64,000 nucleotides of DNA from an uncultured Scytonema sp. (GTDB lineage Bacteria; Cyanobacteriota; Cyanobacteriia; Cyanobacteriales; Nostocaceae): assembly GCA_937873135.1 (NCBI GenBank), contig CALMVQ010000037.1, forward strand, positions 2,487 through 66,486, given 5' to 3'. Position numbers and translations under genes: made by a program. The notes beneath the pieces are model-generated. The model searched no databases and was not told where the DNA came from. It saw only the letters and a program-made list of their open reading frames with translations. Below, piece by piece: positions 8,784 to 16,115 of this stretch (position 1 is its first letter; every line of letters starts with the position of its first letter).

Positions 8784-8845
8784 CTATTACATTTCGGGAG
8801 CTGTATTCCATACAATTGCATTCAGGATTCGTGAGGTCGTCTTTT

Positions 8846-9820
8846 GTGAAAAATAACTCAGAAGTTCGGATTCCCAAAGAAATTGCTACAAATGTTTTTG
8901 CTCTGGCTGCTCACCTGTATGAGCAAGAAAAACAGGACTATTCCTTAGAGGAACTTATACAGGCAGGAGCCGAAGTACATATTCCAAGAGAGTTGATTCA
9001 AAAAGCTATACAGCAAATCCAAGCACAGCAAAGCTCAGTTCGCTCGCGACAGCAAAAGTTAAAATTAATCTTGATCAGTGGGAGTACAGGAGCCGCGATC
9101 GCGCTTATGAGTGTATTTGCTTACAATAGTGTTGCTAGTAACTTCATCGGAACTCAGCGATCGCCAGTAAACAATCTCCTGGCTACTGATTTGCGGAATA
9201 CTAACACTCAAGATATTCCTAACCCACTCCAACCGCCACCCCCAGTCTTCCCCAAAGCAGATGAAACGACTATGACAGGAGAGGTGCAACAATATATTCT
9301 TAACCCTGAAGGAAAGGTGGATGGACTCTTACTCAAAAATGGGTTACAAGTAAAATTTCCGCCTCATATGGGGGACAGCTTAGTAGCTTTGGTGACTCAG
9401 GGAACTAAAATCACTATTTCGGGAAAACCAGGCTTGTCTACCCGCTTTGGTGAAGAGGTAAAAGCTAGAAGCATTACTAATTCTCAAACTGGACAGACTT
9501 TAGTCGCTCAACCTCCCACCATACCGCCCCAACCGCCCGGCTTGAGCAACTACAGTACTTTATCTGTAGAGGGAACCGCCCAGCATTGGTTAGTGGGACA
9601 TAGAGGTGAGATAAATGGCGTCATTGTCTCCAATGGTGCAATTGTGAAGTTCCCACCACATGTAGGCAATCAGCTAGTCAATACGGCGAATGTAGGAGAC
9701 AAAATCCAAGCTCAAGGTTTTGGAACTCGCAACCCGGAAGGTCAGATTATACAAGCTACAGCGCTTTCTATCAATGGGCAAATCGTGTCTCTAGAACCAA
9801 AAGGCGTTGTCGATCCCTAG
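8846..9820 (+). CDS. Membrane-anchored protein of unknown function with two tandem ~80-aa periplasmic repeats
   Basis: The ORF 8759..9820 overlaps the promoter, so the start is more likely the GTG at 8846 (GAGG 9 nt upstream) or at 8831. One TM helix (LILISGSTGAAIALMSVF), Pro-rich linkers, and an internal duplication sharing a NG..VKFPPH.G..LV motif. Confidence 0.7.
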   Translation: MKNNSEVRIPKEIATNVFALAAHLYEQEKQDYSLEELIQAGAEVHIPRELIQKAIQQIQAQQSSVRSRQQKLKLILISGSTGAAIALMSVFAYNSVASNFIGTQRSPVNNLLATDLRNTNTQDIPNPLQPPPPVFPKADETTMTGEVQQYILNPEGKVDGLLLKNGLQVKFPPHMGDSLVALVTQGTKITISGKPGLSTRFGEEVKARSITNSQTGQTLVAQPPTIPPQPPGLSNYSTLSVEGTAQHWLVGHRGEINGVIVSNGAIVKFPPHVGNQLVNTANVGDKIQAQGFGTRNPEGQIIQATALSINGQIVSLEPKGVVDP

Positions 9821-9833
9821 CAGGCACTCTTAT

Positions 9834-9849
9834 TGGCATGAAAATTGCG
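9834..9849 (+). promoter_or_regulatory. Candidate sigma-54 (-24/-12) promoter TGGCATGAAAATTGCG
   Basis: GG-N10-GC spacing is exact and the -12 element is TTGC. It is intergenic and 213 bp upstream of the permease start. The -12 element is contributed by a HIP1-containing repeat arm. Confidence 0.45.
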
Positions 9850-9924
9850 ATCGCGTCTCTACGTTAAAATCCCTTCGGTAGTTTTCTTTCCTTGCGATGC
9901 CCGAAATCAAAGAGACGCGATCGC
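9847..9924. repeat. Inverted repeat GCGATCGCGTCTCT ... AGAGACGCGATCGC (14-bp arms, 50-nt spacer)
   Basis: Perfect 14-bp arms, each containing HIP1. The left arm overlaps the -12 element of the candidate promoter at 9834. Confidence 0.7.
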
Positions 9925-10061
9925 CCTTGTCTCTACACTATGCCCGAACCAGCAAAATACGGATTTAAACCGCCAAGACGCCAAGGACGCAGAGAAAGAA
10001 GGTAATAAAGATAGGTAATTTTACACTCCTGATGGGAGTCATCTAAAATCTGGGCATCCAA

Positions 10062-11246
10062 ATGATTGTTTTTAGATACATCGTCATTGTAGTGACTTAT
10101 GTCGGTTTGGGTTTAGGGTATATACCTGGTTTACGGATGAATCGAGCCAGTATTGCTCTAGTTGGTTCATCTTTGCTGATGGCATTGGGCGTTTTAGATC
10201 TTAAAGAAGCATGGGGAGCGATTGATTATAAAACGCTGATTTTCTTATTTAGCATGATGGCAATCAGCGCTAACCTGGCTTACTCTGGTTTTTTTCAACT
10301 AGTGCTGGATATGATCATGCGCTATTTCCGCAGTCCCCTTGGTTTGCTGATTGTTTTAACTTGCGGTAGTGCGATTCTCTCAGCTTTTTTTCTGAATGAT
10401 ACCATTGCCCTAATTCTTACTCCCTTGACTTTAGGCTTAGCTCAAACTTTAAACCTTAATCCTATTCCTTACTTACTTGCATTGGCGGGAGCAACTAATC
10501 TTGGTTCAGTCGCGACATTGAGTGGTAATCCTCAAAATATCTTAATTGGTTCTTTTTCTGGGATCAGCTATCTTGACTTTGCTAAAGCTTTAACTCCTAT
10601 TGCATTAATAAGTTTGTTGATTCAGATAGGTTTACTGTGGTTACTCTACCCTGATATCCGCTCTACTAAATCTTGCTTGAGTGGAGAACCTTTGCGATAT
10701 CGTGTATTCAAACCCCTACTGATTAAGAGTCTACTGATCACCGGCGGATTGTTGGTTGCATTCTTAATTGGGATACCCCCAGCCCAAGCAACACTAGTCG
10801 CAGCGGGTTTAATGTTTATCACCAGGCGAATCAAACCACAGCGAATTTTAAATAAGGTGGACTGGGATTTACTAGTGATGTTTTCTGGACTGTTTATTGT
10901 GACTGCTGGAGTGGAAAAATTAGGAGTATTGGATTTATTTGGCGGTTTTGTGCATACTCCCTTGAGCATATTAGGAGTTACTGCTCTTATGTCCAATTTA
11001 GTTTCTAATGTCCCGGCTGTATTGCTACTGAAACATTTAATTCCTCATCCAGATACAAAAACTTGGTTACTCTTAGCGGCTGGCTCTACCTTGGCTGGTA
11101 ATCTAACTTTGTTAGGTTCAGTTGCTAATTTAATTGTTGCGGAAGCTGTCGCCAAACAGGGACATCATTTGTCATTTTGGGAACATTTGCGTTTTGGCCT
11201 ACCGCTGACTGTCCTGACTCTCATTATCGCCTATTGGTGGATTTAA
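10062..11246 (+). CDS. ArsB/NhaD-superfamily (citrate-transporter-like) anion permease
   Basis: 394 aa and highly hydrophobic (about 10-11 helices). The SGNPQNILIG motif is typical of this permease superfamily. Confidence 0.8.
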   Translation: MIVFRYIVIVVTYVGLGLGYIPGLRMNRASIALVGSSLLMALGVLDLKEAWGAIDYKTLIFLFSMMAISANLAYSGFFQLVLDMIMRYFRSPLGLLIVLTCGSAILSAFFLNDTIALILTPLTLGLAQTLNLNPIPYLLALAGATNLGSVATLSGNPQNILIGSFSGISYLDFAKALTPIALISLLIQIGLLWLLYPDIRSTKSCLSGEPLRYRVFKPLLIKSLLITGGLLVAFLIGIPPAQATLVAAGLMFITRRIKPQRILNKVDWDLLVMFSGLFIVTAGVEKLGVLDLFGGFVHTPLSILGVTALMSNLVSNVPAVLLLKHLIPHPDTKTWLLLAAGSTLAGNLTLLGSVANLIVAEAVAKQGHHLSFWEHLRFGLPLTVLTLIIAYWWI

Positions 11247-11304
11247 CACCAGTAAGAGTAACATTATACACAAATTTTCCCATCAGTACAATTAGGTCAT
11301 GATG

Positions 11305-11416
11305 ACTAGTACAGATCGGCGGAAATAACCCACCCATCTGAAATAGTTAAAACCCTTACAAAATAAGGTTCTTTCTTTTTACTTTTTACTTTTTACTTTT
11401 GCCTTGTTGTACTAGT
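11305..11416 (-). mobile_element. MITE, family A (ACTAGT-terminated TIRs, AAAAAGT heptamer tract), 112 bp
   Basis: ACTAGT at both ends. About 85 nt are identical to the reverse complement of 14325..14436. Confidence 0.8.
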
Positions 11417-11437
11417 GACCTATGATTTTCGGTCAAC

Positions 11438-14245
11438 CTACAACCCTCTCATAATGATTCCATCCTTAGCACGCATATAAAGCACGGGTGTGGCAAAGTC
11501 GCGTTGCTCCAATCCGACTTCTATAGAAATGGCATTGCGGGTTGTTTGGATAGCTGCGTCAACTGGCCAACCAAGTGCTAGAGTACGGTAGAACTCCGAA
11601 GCGAACAGTTTGGCAGTAGTATCGTAGATGGAGTATTGCATAGAGACTACTGCGGGAATTAAGCGACATACTAAGTTAGGCGCTATACCAGCAAGGGCTT
11701 GCGAATTGGACACTGTTGCACCTTGACAGGAATTTAGTACTACTAATCCCAAATTGTTGTCACCCAAGAAGAAGTTGGCAAAGCGCTCATCATCCAATCT
11801 TTCTTCTTTGCCGTTTTCGTCTACGAGAGAAATATAACCTTTATTGTTCTCAAAGATACCATGACCGATAAAATGGAAGACATTGTAAGGCTTTTCGCGT
11901 AACTTTTGGTTAATGTTGCGGATAGTGGGTTCAGGCAGTACATCTAATTGAATTGTACCTGCTTCTAGATGTTTTGCTAGTGCAGAGCGAAGCAGTTTTT
12001 CTTCTCCATCAACATCCAATCGTGGTAAATCAGTTGGACTAGAGATGACTAACAGAATGAGGAGTGGCGAGCTACGAGGTTTAAGTTCGCGCTTTTTTAG
12101 GGGAATGTCAATATAACGCGAGAGTACGGTTCGGGTGTCATTTGCTAGAAAAGTCTCAGTTCGTTCGTCGTAGAGAAATTCCCACGGTAGGGTAGCTAAT
12201 TCGGGAGATTCAAACACCAAGCGCAGGCGCACATTATAATTATTTTCTTCTGCACCTGCCATTGTAGCCCGTAATTGACCGTAAATATCCATGGGGAAAA
12301 GCGCTTTGTAGAGTTTGCCGCCTAATCCTTTGAGTAAATCTTCATCTGTTTGTCCCTGCTCTATCAGTTGTAATGTCAGTTTAATTTCATTGATATCCAA
12401 CCGTAATTCGCCCTGTTCTTCCCCTTGTTCAGAGTCAACGCGAATTTTTTCGTCTTTCGTCACCAATACTTGAAAATCCTGGTAATTCATGGTATAGTTG
12501 TCTCTTGCAAAAGATAAAGATTCGTCTCTATCAAGCTTCAGTTCCCGTTGTAACGGTGTAGATTGGCGGTTGACTTCCCGATTTTCTTCAAGCGGTAGCG
12601 GACTAACATCGTCAATTAGCCTGCGCACATCGACTATTTCATAGCTAATTTCGCATTCAACTTGATATCGACCAGCATTTAAGCGCTTCCGCAATGAGTC
12701 CAGAGAATAAGTATGCGGAGTCTGACTTCCCTCACAGGTAGTGCAGTTGCAAGGAACAAGTGTGTTATACTGCAAACGTTCAAAAGACTGATGAATTTTT
12801 TCTAGTTCGTGAGTGACGACTGCTAGCAAGTCTTTCTTACGGTTTCCGGCAACACGGATTTTGATTTCCCTCTGATTATAGTCTTCAATGATTTCGGCAC
12901 GAGATTGATCTTTGTTGAGGACAACACCACTTCTCCAAACGAGGTTTTGCTGTTCAATCCAAGGGTGTGTCTCAACAATGAAGCGGGTGAGAATACCTTT
13001 GGGCATGAATTCGTATTTGTAGCGTAAAATGAGATTATTCGTATCGTCCCAAGTGTAGTCGGGTTGGTTGATATTAAGTAGTTGTGGTGCAATATAGTGA
13101 TTAGGACGATTGGGAATTGGGTAGCAAAGTTTGAAGCGCATCATAAGTTGGAGTAACTCATCTCGCATATCAGTATATTCGCCGTCAAGCCAAATTTCAG
13201 CAAGATTATTCTGAGTAAAACACCCCAGATTTTCCCTAACGGTTTTGTTGTCTAAAACTTTGTAAACGGCAGTTGTACCCCATTCTGGTTTGAGAATGAT
13301 ATAGTGTTTAAGTGTAGGATCGTCTTGAAAGTGCAGGCAAACGCCTAAATCGTGCAGATAACGACTCAACCGCAACATATCTTCGCGATCGCTTAAACTA
13401 TTCTGTAGGCAAAGTTGGTAGTATTCATCCTGACTGATGTAATTGCGGGAATCATTTTCTAAGGCATAACGGACTTTTACCCAGAGTTTTGGCAAAAGTT
13501 GACCAACGTGGGGAAGCCGACTAATATATGTTTGAATATTTTCTTTAATTTCGTCTAAACCGCGATTAGTAGCTAAGTTAGTTGGGAGAATTTCTTTGAG
13601 GTGAGCGAATTCTCCACGCAAGGAGCGATCATTAACCTCGCACTGACGGTCTTGTTTTTCATTTTTAATAATTAGAACCGGGCTATTGTCGTTTAAGAGT
13701 TCGGCAACCTTGAGCCACCAGTAAAAGTCGGTGTTTTGTGTGCGAGTATCAGCGACTAAAGCGTACAGAGAACGCTTAGTAAGGAAAAACTGGTGGGTTT
13801 GGTGGTAAATTTCTTGCCCGCCAAAATCCCAAATGTTGACGCGAAAGTCTTTGCCATTAGGTTGTGTGAAATGCCACTGAATCACATCAATGCCTGAAGT
13901 TGATTTTTCATCCGATTGAAGTTTGTAGCTTTCATTTTTAATTTTCTTGGCTAAAGAAGTTTTACCAGATCCCCCTTCACCAATAATTAAAAATTTGGCT
14001 TCATAAAAAGGTTCAGTTTCGGATGGATCTTGCACCCGAAAATAGAAATCAAGAATTTCCTTCACATCACCTGGATCTTCATTTAGGTTTTTTGAACCCA
14101 AAATCTCAGGTGGAATCGGCACTGGGTTCCCATGCAAATCCAGTTTTTTCAGCTTTGGTATTTGCCTAATTTCTGATGGCAGACTGCTCAGTTGATTGCT
14201 CTTAAGCTTTGGGAAAACTAGTGCCGCAAGGCGGAAGTCACTCAT
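11438..14245 (-). CDS. ROCO-type GTPase (residual LRR, Roc, COR) fused to a C-terminal CHAT (caspase-like) protease domain
   Basis: 935 aa. LRR remnant is NQLSSLPSEIRQIPKLKKLDLHGN. Roc P-loop is GEGGSGKTSLAK, with WDFGGQE as the switch II motif. The CHAT His/Cys dyad is FIGHG (H795) and LNSCQG (C840). Confidence 0.85.
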   Translation of the reverse strand: MSDFRLAALVFPKLKSNQLSSLPSEIRQIPKLKKLDLHGNPVPIPPEILGSKNLNEDPGDVKEILDFYFRVQDPSETEPFYEAKFLIIGEGGSGKTSLAKKIKNESYKLQSDEKSTSGIDVIQWHFTQPNGKDFRVNIWDFGGQEIYHQTHQFFLTKRSLYALVADTRTQNTDFYWWLKVAELLNDNSPVLIIKNEKQDRQCEVNDRSLRGEFAHLKEILPTNLATNRGLDEIKENIQTYISRLPHVGQLLPKLWVKVRYALENDSRNYISQDEYYQLCLQNSLSDREDMLRLSRYLHDLGVCLHFQDDPTLKHYIILKPEWGTTAVYKVLDNKTVRENLGCFTQNNLAEIWLDGEYTDMRDELLQLMMRFKLCYPIPNRPNHYIAPQLLNINQPDYTWDDTNNLILRYKYEFMPKGILTRFIVETHPWIEQQNLVWRSGVVLNKDQSRAEIIEDYNQREIKIRVAGNRKKDLLAVVTHELEKIHQSFERLQYNTLVPCNCTTCEGSQTPHTYSLDSLRKRLNAGRYQVECEISYEIVDVRRLIDDVSPLPLEENREVNRQSTPLQRELKLDRDESLSFARDNYTMNYQDFQVLVTKDEKIRVDSEQGEEQGELRLDINEIKLTLQLIEQGQTDEDLLKGLGGKLYKALFPMDIYGQLRATMAGAEENNYNVRLRLVFESPELATLPWEFLYDERTETFLANDTRTVLSRYIDIPLKKRELKPRSSPLLILLVISSPTDLPRLDVDGEEKLLRSALAKHLEAGTIQLDVLPEPTIRNINQKLREKPYNVFHFIGHGIFENNKGYISLVDENGKEERLDDERFANFFLGDNNLGLVVLNSCQGATVSNSQALAGIAPNLVCRLIPAVVSMQYSIYDTTAKLFASEFYRTLALGWPVDAAIQTTRNAISIEVGLEQRDFATPVLYMRAKDGIIMRGL

Positions 14246-14330
14246 TCAAAAGTCAAAAGTCAAAAGTATTATGGAATGGGCTTTTTATGGATTTGAAATG
14301 GTTGCCTTATTTCCGCCTTGTTGTACTAGT
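14217..14330 (+). mobile_element. MITE, family A2 (ACTAGT TIRs, AAAAGTC heptamers), 114 bp; contains the ROCO-CHAT start codon
   Basis: ACTAGTGCCGCAAGGCG...TCAAAAGTCAAAAGTATTATGGAAT...GTACTAGT aligns with 60875..60973. Confidence 0.8.
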
Positions 14331-14436
14331 ACAACAAGGCAAAAGTAAAAAGTAAAAAGTAAAAAGAAAGAACCTTATTTTGTAAGGGTTTTAACTATTT
14401 CAGATGGGTGGTTTATTTACGCCGTGACGTACTAGT
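14325..14436 (+). mobile_element. MITE, family A, 112 bp; abuts the A2 element at a shared ACTAGT
   Basis: An inverted, near-identical copy of 11305..11416. Confidence 0.8.
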
Positions 14437-14711
14437 ACTCCACCACATTAATCATGATAGCTTGTGAAAGTACGTAGTAAGCACGAAGAGTGCTTGCAAT
14501 TGAACGATAAATCGCTCACTACAAACCCATCAAAATCAATGTGGTGGGAAGGATTTATTAATAATATCAGCGTTGCATAAAACAAAGATGAAAATTCAAC
14601 CGCCGAGACGCCAAGAACGCCAAAAAATATTTTTTTCAACAGAAAAATAAAATTATACCGCAAATATGCAACGCCTATTAATCATACCAAAATAAACGAT
14701 GATTTGGATTT

Positions 14712-15334
14712 TTAAGAAATAAGTACTTTTTTGTTTCTTCCATATATCAATATATAAAAACCAAAAGCGAATAAGATAGTTGACCAAAAATAAATCGCTA
14801 ATCGATTATCAATTTTTTCCACTAAAGATAGTATTTTATGGTTTTTAACAAATTGATTAATATGAACCGCAATTGCTCGCTTCTCGTATTTGTTTGAATC
14901 TGAATAAGACGTAAAAGGAATTTCACCACTACTACTAGTACAACAAGGCAAAAGTAAAAAGTAAAAAGTAAAAAGAAAGAACACTTATTTTATAAGCTTT
15001 TTACCTATTTCAGATGGGTGGGTTATTTCCGCCGCTCTGTACTAGTTAGAATTATAACTCGATAAGTGTAACTAGTTTTTCGCTTATTATCTTTGTCTTT
15101 AATACGTTCAACTTTAGCACCCTGCAATAAATTTAACGGAATCTCCATTGATGTTGTTCCCAATAGTCCTGATGCAACTAGATGACAAGTACCAGGAGTA
15201 ACTCGACTGCAATTAAGGGTAGTAACTTGATTAGGTATTAAACATAAAACTCCAATGCCCATAAATAAAAATCCAAATACCCAAGAGCCTATTGAAGTCT
15301 GTCGTATATTTTCCATAATTAATTCTCTACACAA
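14712..15334 (-). pseudogene. Small two-TM membrane protein gene interrupted by a family A MITE
   Basis: ORFs 15023..15334 and 14712..14984 each end or start inside the MITE. Deleting 14940..15046 joins ...RVIILTS to SSGEIPF... in frame (about 171 codons). Confidence 0.65.
14934..15046 (+). mobile_element. MITE, family A, 113 bp
   Basis: Same TIRs, heptamer tract and core (CAGATGGGTGG) as 14325..14436, flanked by ACTAGT on both sides. Confidence 0.8.
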
Positions 15335-15514
15335 TTAAAATTAATTCTAAATGTAGTTATACTCAAATATTTTTCATATGTATATAGCTTTGAATATTTA
15401 AGGAATAGAACTTTTTCCAAAAAACTATAAAACCCTAACTTTATATAGCGAGTATAAATTCGTAGGATGTTATATAAATATTTCTACTGAAACTTACAAT
15501 TTGAAATTAGGATT

Positions 15515-15629
15515 GATATTGTATCCGTCTAATCACCTCACCGATCTTAGCATGCACCCCTCTCCCAAACTTGGGAGAGGGGCTGGGGGTGAGGGCGAGA
15601 ATCTATGAGACATAACTGAGAATCGCTAT
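15515..15629 (-). mobile_element. MITE, family alpha (core CCCCTCTCCCAA-N-TTGGGAGAGGGG), with its far end replaced by a beta-family terminus
   Basis: Reverse-complement match to 18601..18700. The left end GATATTGTATCCGTCTAATCACC resembles the beta-family terminus at 26121. Confidence 0.65.
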
Positions 15630-16115
15630 ATTACTAAATACAAAATTTTTAAACTTCATGACAAAATGATTAAGAGTTTCTACAAACTAAGTTTGACAAG
15701 AAAAGAATAAAAATATGGCATATAAATCGTTTCATTTGTATTATTCTTTAAAATATTACGCCAAATCTAATAATAACAATGCTGAATACACTGATTTAAT
15801 AGGAAAAATTATATCTGATACTTTTTGTGGCTTGTTAATGGTATATCCGTGTAATTTCTGATTGTGTGAAGCGTATTGATTTGATCGCTTCCATAGCCTA
15901 AGCAACCGTTAACACCTTGGGTAGTTTTGCTGATTTGGCACTTATTACCTGAATTGGAAGGGGCTAATCAGACTTCAATAGCAACTTCCGTGGCTTAAAC
16001 AGCAGATACGAGTAGAGGGTCGCGGTTGTCAAAACGAGATACATTGTGATATGTGAGAGATACGGCTAAACCTCTTACAGAATCCCCTTACATGAGTGGT
16101 GTGGGGAGCGTCAAT

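Noticed and set aside
9193-9208. TGGCTACTGATTTGCG (and a similar TGGCTAGTGGATTGCG at 7814..7829) with GG-N10-GC spacing
   Set aside because: Both lie inside coding sequence, and the -24 element deviates from the consensus (TGGCTA). There is no gene to drive.
14448-14663. 71-aa ORF in the MITE nest, and the similar 35582..35785, 36692..36940, 39372..39569, 45434..45850, 59428..59733, 60572..60778 and 62515..62700 ORFs
   Set aside because: They overlap dispersed repeats or low-complexity intergenic DNA and lack an RBS or any recognisable domain.
14437-14700. Search for the missing LRR-coding 5' part of the ROCO-CHAT gene upstream of the two MITEs
   Set aside because: All three minus-strand frames contain stops and none shows an LxxLxLxxN pattern. 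The region is instead made of further small inverted-repeat elements (CCACCACATTAAT/ATCAATGTGGTGG and GCGTTGCATA/TATGCAACGC).
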